DNA of 21,099 nt from Fidelibacterota bacterium (GTDB lineage: Bacteria; Fidelibacterota; Marinisomatia; Marinisomatales; TCS56), in NCBI GenBank assembly GCA_043822705.1, contig JBDRBK010000177.1, forward strand, positions 1-21,099, written 5' to 3'. Below are positions 16,513 to 21,099 of the stretch, piece after piece. Both the position numbers and the translations under genes were made by a program. The stretch's first letter is position 1; every line of letters starts with the position of its first letter. The notes under the pieces are model-generated. The model saw nothing but the letters and a program-made list of their open reading frames with translations. It was not told where the DNA came from and made no database searches.

Positions 16513-17526
16513 TTGATATCCACCAGACTGAAAAACCTCCTGATTGCACCGTTTTTGTTGATCGTATTGTACGGTCAGGAACTGGCTACCGGTCAAAAAA
16601 GCGCAGCGGTGGATTCATCCGCCTCTCAATACCGTTTTGCTAACCGGTTCGCGATCCATCAACGCTGGCGGGACCGGGAAGTGGGGGCGGCGGCGGTCCT
16701 GGGTCCGTACCGGACTTATCAGAGTTCGTATCTGGAAATCTCATCCGATCGGGACCTGGTGCTTTGGGACGAAAATGAGATTCGTCTATATCGTGACTTA
16801 CTGGCCAGTTCGGTTCGGCCGGAATTTTTCCTGATTGAATTTACCGAATATCCGCTGGCCTGGCTTTCGGCCTGGCTGGAGGAACGGAATTCGGTCTTCT
16901 ACGACTCTTTTTCCGTGAGCGATGATGTGAATCTGATCCGCAGTCTGGGTGCCGGTGGCCAGGAGCCGTGGTCAGTGAGCCTGTTTTTAGGGCGGTTGGG
17001 CAGCTTCTGGGACTTGGATGAAAATTACAATCTGGTGGAAGCCGCTTCCGGAGCGGTCGGTCTGGTGATTACCGGCGGGATGTACCAGCTTTTCGATAAC
17101 CATCTGATTCGGTCCGACTGGGCGCGACTCGAATGGAAATTGAAGGGTGAGGGTCGGCAAGGGGGAAAAATCAATCGCTGGGACATCAAGCTCGGGTACC
17201 GCTGGTTCGGACTGTCAGCCGTACCGGACGCGCTGTCGCTGGTGCTATCGCGAATGCGGACCAATCAGCGTGACTGGAGTTGGGCGCTGCATCGCAACAG
17301 CAGTGTCAATCTTGAAGTGCAGGCGCCGGTTTTTCAGGATAGCGGACAAATCTCACGCCTGACAGTGATTTATGGCAAGGTTTTTCCGGTTGGGAAAGTA
17401 CTGGCCGGTCTGAAACTTGGATTTGGCTACGAATACCGCCGATTGTACGATACGAAAATCAATTCATTTGTCGACAAACCCACCCGGCTGACACAAATTT
17501 ATTTCCAGCCGGTGATTATATTTTAA
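16513..17526 (+). CDS. Hypothetical exported protein, possibly an outer-membrane beta-barrel
   Basis: 337-codon ORF filling the gap, with a hydrophobic N-terminal signal-like segment. The C-terminal half has alternating amphipathic strands (RLEWKLKG, WDIKLGYRW, LKLGFGYEY) and ends in Phe. TTG start is uncertain. Confidence 0.65.
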   Translation: MISTRLKNLLIAPFLLIVLYGQELATGQKSAAVDSSASQYRFANRFAIHQRWRDREVGAAAVLGPYRTYQSSYLEISSDRDLVLWDENEIRLYRDLLASSVRPEFFLIEFTEYPLAWLSAWLEERNSVFYDSFSVSDDVNLIRSLGAGGQEPWSVSLFLGRLGSFWDLDENYNLVEAASGAVGLVITGGMYQLFDNHLIRSDWARLEWKLKGEGRQGGKINRWDIKLGYRWFGLSAVPDALSLVLSRMRTNQRDWSWALHRNSSVNLEVQAPVFQDSGQISRLTVIYGKVFPVGKVLAGLKLGFGYEYRRLYDTKINSFVDKPTRLTQIYFQPVIIF

Positions 17527-17531
17527 TTAAC

Positions 17532-17556
17532 GGGGGTGACCTTGTCGATCACCCCC
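17532..17556. terminator. GC-rich hairpin between convergent genes, probable (bidirectional) terminator
   Basis: GGGGGTGA-N9-TCACCCCC is a perfect 8-bp stem in the 41-nt gap between two stop codons, flanked by AT-rich runs. There is no clean U-tract on either strand. Confidence 0.6.
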
Positions 17557-17567
17557 CGATAAAAAAT

Positions 17568-18263
17568 TTACTGGGCGATTTCCAGCAATTCGACTTCAAA
17601 AATCAGAGTGCTGTTCGGCTTGATGTTACGTGAACCGGATTCGCCGTAAGCCAGGTCACCGGGGATATATAATTCCCACTTGGAGCCCACCGGCATCAGT
17701 TGCAGTGCTTCGGTCCAACCTTTGATCACCTGGGTTACTCCGAAGGTGGCCGGCTGACCGCGATCATAGGAGCTGTCGAATACGGTCCCATCGATTAATG
17801 TGCCCCGGTAGTTGACCGTTACCCGGTCCGTGGAAGTGGGTAGGGGACCGTCGCCGGCAGTGATGATTTTATATTGCAATCCACTGGGCAAAACGACCAC
17901 GCCGGACCGCTCTGAATTTTTCTGCAGATATTCTTCGCCGGCGATCCTGTTTTTGTCAGCCTGCTCCTTACGGCGTTCGATCTGGATTTGTCGCAGATCC
18001 TGCTGGTAAGCCATCAGAATATTCTGACGCTGTGCGTCGGTAATCAGTTTATCACTTTCGTTGTAACCGTCGAGGAATCCCTGGTAGAATACAGCCGGAT
18101 CAACTTCGATAAACTGGGCCGCATAATTCATACCGACTTCGATTCCAATACTGTAGCTGATGGAATCCTGTGGTGATTCCAATTTTGTAACCCCGGTAGT
18201 GGATTTATCGCCGGTACAGGCCAACAGCAGTAGTACCAGCCCGGCGGTTAAGATATTTCTCAT
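17568..18263 (-). CDS. FKBP-type peptidyl-prolyl cis-trans isomerase (FkpA/Mip-like), lipoprotein
   Basis: Lipobox LLAC. FKBP_N region DSISYSIG. Core motifs LPSGLQY, VTVNYRGTLIDGTVFDSS, VIKGWTEALQLM, LYIPGDLAYG and STLIFEVELL. AAAGGA RBS upstream. Start is ATG 18263 or TTG 18266. Confidence 0.95.
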   Translation of the reverse strand: MRNILTAGLVLLLLACTGDKSTTGVTKLESPQDSISYSIGIEVGMNYAAQFIEVDPAVFYQGFLDGYNESDKLITDAQRQNILMAYQQDLRQIQIERRKEQADKNRIAGEEYLQKNSERSGVVVLPSGLQYKIITAGDGPLPTSTDRVTVNYRGTLIDGTVFDSSYDRGQPATFGVTQVIKGWTEALQLMPVGSKWELYIPGDLAYGESGSRNIKPNSTLIFEVELLEIAQ

Positions 18264-18558
18264 CAACAGTGCATCCTTTCATCCGCAAAAATCGAATGGC
18301 CGATCAACTCACGTCCGCTGATCGATCGCATCCAATTTTGGCGATCGTTTGTAATCAGTAAATAATTATAAAAATCGCTTTTCGCCGTGCGATTCAATGA
18401 TTAAATCTCCGGGTAAACAGGCGATGAATCAAAATACTATCTGGCTGATTGCGAATCAGCTGGTGGCAGTGGTCTGCACAACCGCCGGGAGTCCTGTTTC
18501 TTCTATCGCTTCGCAGGCCGTAATATTAACAGTTGATTAATAACAGATGAGGATGGTT

Positions 18559-19575
18559 ATGCCAGTCGAGCTTATTAAAGAATTAATAAATATTGCATCT
18601 CCCAGCGGCTACACCGGGCAAGTACTGGACCATATTGCCGCAAGATTAGCGGCCTGTCCGTATCAGATACGGCGTACCAATAAAGGTGCCTTACTGGTTT
18701 CGGTGACCGAGTCACCGGAGTTGTTGATATCGGCCCACGTCGATACCCTGGGCGGGATGGTCAAATACCTGAATGACAACGGAACACTGGAATTGACTCA
18801 AATCGGCGGTTGGCCGCCGAACAGTTTCGAGGGCGAGCACGTCACGATTGTCACCCAGGCCGATAAAACCTATCGCGGCACATTTCTGCTCAATAATCCC
18901 GCCGCGCATGTCAACCGCGAAGTCAGCAGCACCGAACGCAAGATGGATAAAATGCACATCCGGGTGGATGCGCTGACGACTTCGAAGAAGGAAACGGAAG
19001 AACTGGGGATTGCCATCGGTGATTATGTCTTGTTCGATCCCCGCTTCGAATACACGGCCACCGGATTTGTGAAATCGCGTTTTCTCGACGACAAGGCCTG
19101 TGCCGGTATCATGCTGGATATTTTATTGAATCATCAGGAAACAGTTGTTGCTCACAATATCGGATTCTTTTTCTCGAATTACGAGGAAGTGGGACACGGC
19201 GGTTCGGCCGGTATTCCCGGTTCGGTCCGGGAACTCTTAGTGGCTGACATGGGGGTAGTCGGTGAAAAAGTCGCCGGCCGGGAGACGGCCGTCTCGATCT
19301 GTGCCAAAGACAGTAATGGTCCTTACGACTATGAAATGCGGCGCGAGCTGGTGGCATTGGCGCAATCGGAGAAAATACCCCATATCGTTGACATTTTCCC
19401 GTTCTACGGCAGCGATGGCGGAGCGGCGCTGGCGGCCGGCATGGATCTGCGGGTAGGACTTATCGGTCCCGGGGTCAGCTCATCGCACGGCGTCGAGCGA
19501 ACCCATATCCAGGGTATCCAGGCTACCCGTGACCTTATACTGGCCTTTATAAAAACGATGGCTGAAATCGCCTGA
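18559..19575 (+). CDS. M42 family metallopeptidase (aminopeptidase)
   Basis: SPSG, SAHVDTLG, IGG, IGDYV.FDP, KSRFLDDK, YEEVGHG, DMG, YGSDG and SHGVERTH. ATG 18559 follows a GAGGA RBS; upstream in-frame ATGs at 18547 and 18553 are alternatives. Confidence 0.92.
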   Translation: MPVELIKELINIASPSGYTGQVLDHIAARLAACPYQIRRTNKGALLVSVTESPELLISAHVDTLGGMVKYLNDNGTLELTQIGGWPPNSFEGEHVTIVTQADKTYRGTFLLNNPAAHVNREVSSTERKMDKMHIRVDALTTSKKETEELGIAIGDYVLFDPRFEYTATGFVKSRFLDDKACAGIMLDILLNHQETVVAHNIGFFFSNYEEVGHGGSAGIPGSVRELLVADMGVVGEKVAGRETAVSICAKDSNGPYDYEMRRELVALAQSEKIPHIVDIFPFYGSDGGAALAAGMDLRVGLIGPGVSSSHGVERTHIQGIQATRDLILAFIKTMAEIA

Positions 19576-19620
19576 ATCGGCAAGAGTGATAATTCGGGAC
19601 ACCGGTCGGGCTAATTCGAT

Positions 19621-21099
19621 ATGGATTTAAAAAACCGTTTCTGGGGATTCCTGATCCTGATGACCCTGACCTTCGGTTCGTCACCGGATCGTCCGCGCAT
19701 CGGTCTGGCACTCTCGGGTGGTTCCTCGATGGGTCTGGCGCATATCGGTGCCCTGAAATTGCTGGACTCGCTCCAGATTCCGGTGGATTATATCGCCGGG
19801 ACCAGCATGGGGGGACTGCTAGGAGCCCTTTATGCGATCGGCTATTCCGGCGCCGAGATTGAGCAGATCGCCCTGGAGCTTAGCTGGGACGAAGTATTTT
19901 CGGATCAGCCGCCCCGGGATCGCCTGCCATATTTCCAGAAGAAGGATTTGGGTCGCTACCAGTTTGAATTTGGTTTCGATGGTTTTACACCGTCAACGCT
20001 CAGCGGACTGGTCCACGGGCAGAACATAATGCTGAGTCTGTCGGAATTGACTTATGCTTATGAGCATATCACTGATTTTGACGATTTGCCGATACCGTTT
20101 CGCTGTACGGCGGTCGATTTGATCACCGGTAATATTGTCATTTTGCGTAACGGTTCGCTGGCCAAAGCAATGCGGGCGACGATGTCGATTCCCAGCGTTT
20201 TTTCTCCGGTGGAGTGGGGGGACTCACTGCTGGTTGACGGTGGAATTCTGAATAATTATCCTACCGATGTTGTCCGCGCCATGGGTGCCGACTACATTAT
20301 CGCCGTTTCCGTGGGCTGGAGTCCGAAACCGCGTGAAGAGCTGCAGGATGGAATTGATATGCTGATCCAGTCGGGCAATATTGTACGGCGGGCGCAATTG
20401 AACTCGGCTACCGATGATGTTGACGTTCATATATTTACGGAACTGCCATCATTCATGGGTGCCGAATTCAAGAAGGCTAAAATTATTGAAATTATCCGCG
20501 ATGGCGAGAACAGCGCCCGGCAGGCTCTTCCCAAATTGCTGGAATTGAAGGAAAACTATCGTTTGGCGCGGACCTTTCCGGATTTGGATGCTGTTGACTC
20601 CGATGGAAACCGGTTGAAATTTTACAGCGTTTCGATCGTCGGTAACACGACGATTCCCTTCAGTATGATTTATCGTGAGCTGGGTATCAGTCCCAATGAT
20701 AATTATCAGGCCGACAGCCTTGAGACCAAAGTACGAAATATGTATCGAACCGGCTGGTTCGAAAGTATCGATTATGAAGTACGGCCGCTGGACGAGCAAT
20801 ACGTTAAGCTGTTTCTCCAGGTCAGGGAAAAGCAACCGCCGCTGATTTACGGCATCCAGATTATCGGAAATAAAAGTCTGCCATTCACCTTCATTTACCG
20901 ACTGTTAGGTTTGAAACCCGGCGATGTTTTCGACACCGCCATCATCAATGACCGGATCACCGATTTGTACGGATTGGGCTATTTCAATACGATATCTTAT
21001 GAAATCGATCCGGTCGATGAAAATTCGATCAGGCTTATTATCAATATTGAAGAAAGTTCATTAAGAAAGCTGCGATTCGGCCTCCGCTACGATTTGCAG
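19621..21099 (+). CDS. Patatin-like phospholipase followed by POTRA domains (PlpD / type Vd-like); runs off the right edge
   Basis: Not in the ORF track. Manual translation from ATG 19621: MDLKNRFWGFLILMTLTFGSSPDRPRIGLALSGGSSMGLAHIG...IAGTSMGG (GxSxG)...AMRATMSIPSVFSP...LVDGG (catalytic Asp). Two POTRA-like repeats follow, then LRFGLRYD, resembling the first strand of an Omp85-type barrel. Confidence 0.9.
   Translation, partial: MDLKNRFWGFLILMTLTFGSSPDRPRIGLALSGGSSMGLAHIGALKLLDSLQIPVDYIAGTSMGGLLGALYAIGYSGAEIEQIALELSWDEVFSDQPPRDRLPYFQKKDLGRYQFEFGFDGFTPSTLSGLVHGQNIMLSLSELTYAYEHITDFDDLPIPFRCTAVDLITGNIVILRNGSLAKAMRATMSIPSVFSPVEWGDSLLVDGGILNNYPTDVVRAMGADYIIAVSVGWSPKPREELQDGIDMLIQSGNIVRRAQLNSATDDVDVHIFTELPSFMGAEFKKAKIIEIIRDGENSARQALPKLLELKENYRLARTFPDLDAVDSDGNRLKFYSVSIVGNTTIPFSMIYRELGISPNDNYQADSLETKVRNMYRTGWFESIDYEVRPLDEQYVKLFLQVREKQPPLIYGIQIIGNKSLPFTFIYRLLGLKPGDVFDTAIINDRITDLYGLGYFNTISYEIDPVDENSIRLIINIEESSLRKLRFGLRYDLQ
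20617..21054 (+). repeat. Two tandem ~72-aa POTRA-like protein repeats
   Basis: FYSVSIVGNTTIPFSMIYRELGISPND...YRTGWFESIDYEVRPLDEQYVKLFLQVRE aligns without gaps to IYGIQIIGNKSLPFTFIYRLLGLKPGD...YGLGYFNTISYEIDPVDENSIRLIINIEE. Confidence 0.85.

Noticed and set aside
18559..19575. Including the M42 peptidase in the peptidoglycan pathway
   Set aside because: It is on the opposite strand, several kb away behind unrelated genes, and M42 enzymes are general aminopeptidases.
1..21099. CRISPR arrays, tRNA/rRNA, IS elements, prophage or defence genes
   Set aside because: No regularly spaced repeats, RNA gene signatures or transposase/integrase motifs were seen. All intergenic gaps are under 300 nt.

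Overview
Gene-dense bacterial chromosomal window, probably from an FCB-group organism outside the core Bacteroidota (e.g. Marinimicrobia-like). This is an inference from Shine-Dalgarno-type RBSs together with YPNP-type C-terminal sorting domains. No RNA genes, CRISPR arrays or mobile elements were seen. The left two thirds hold a minus-strand set of predicted cell-wall (peptidoglycan) processing genes: an Amidase_3-type multidomain lipoprotein, an M14 zinc peptidase with a sorting domain, lysA, a GH18 multidomain hydrolase with a sorting domain, a NamZ/DUF1343 exo-muramidase, DacB (PBP4) and an S66 LD-carboxypeptidase. An oppositely oriented cydAB operon splits this set. The right third has a Cache/HAMP histidine kinase with a stand-alone receiver, an unknown exported protein, an FKBP lipoprotein, an M42 peptidase and a truncated patatin-POTRA protein. 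The leading hypothesis is a secreted-to-cytoplasmic peptidoglycan scavenging pathway ending in mDAP-to-lysine conversion. Three sequence-visible oddities accompany it: a shared N-terminal SIHQ motif on two unrelated hydrolases, a shared FN3 + alpha/beta module on the GH18 and amidase proteins, and altered active-site motifs in the M14 peptidase and LysA. All family calls come from motif recognition by eye; no database searches were run.
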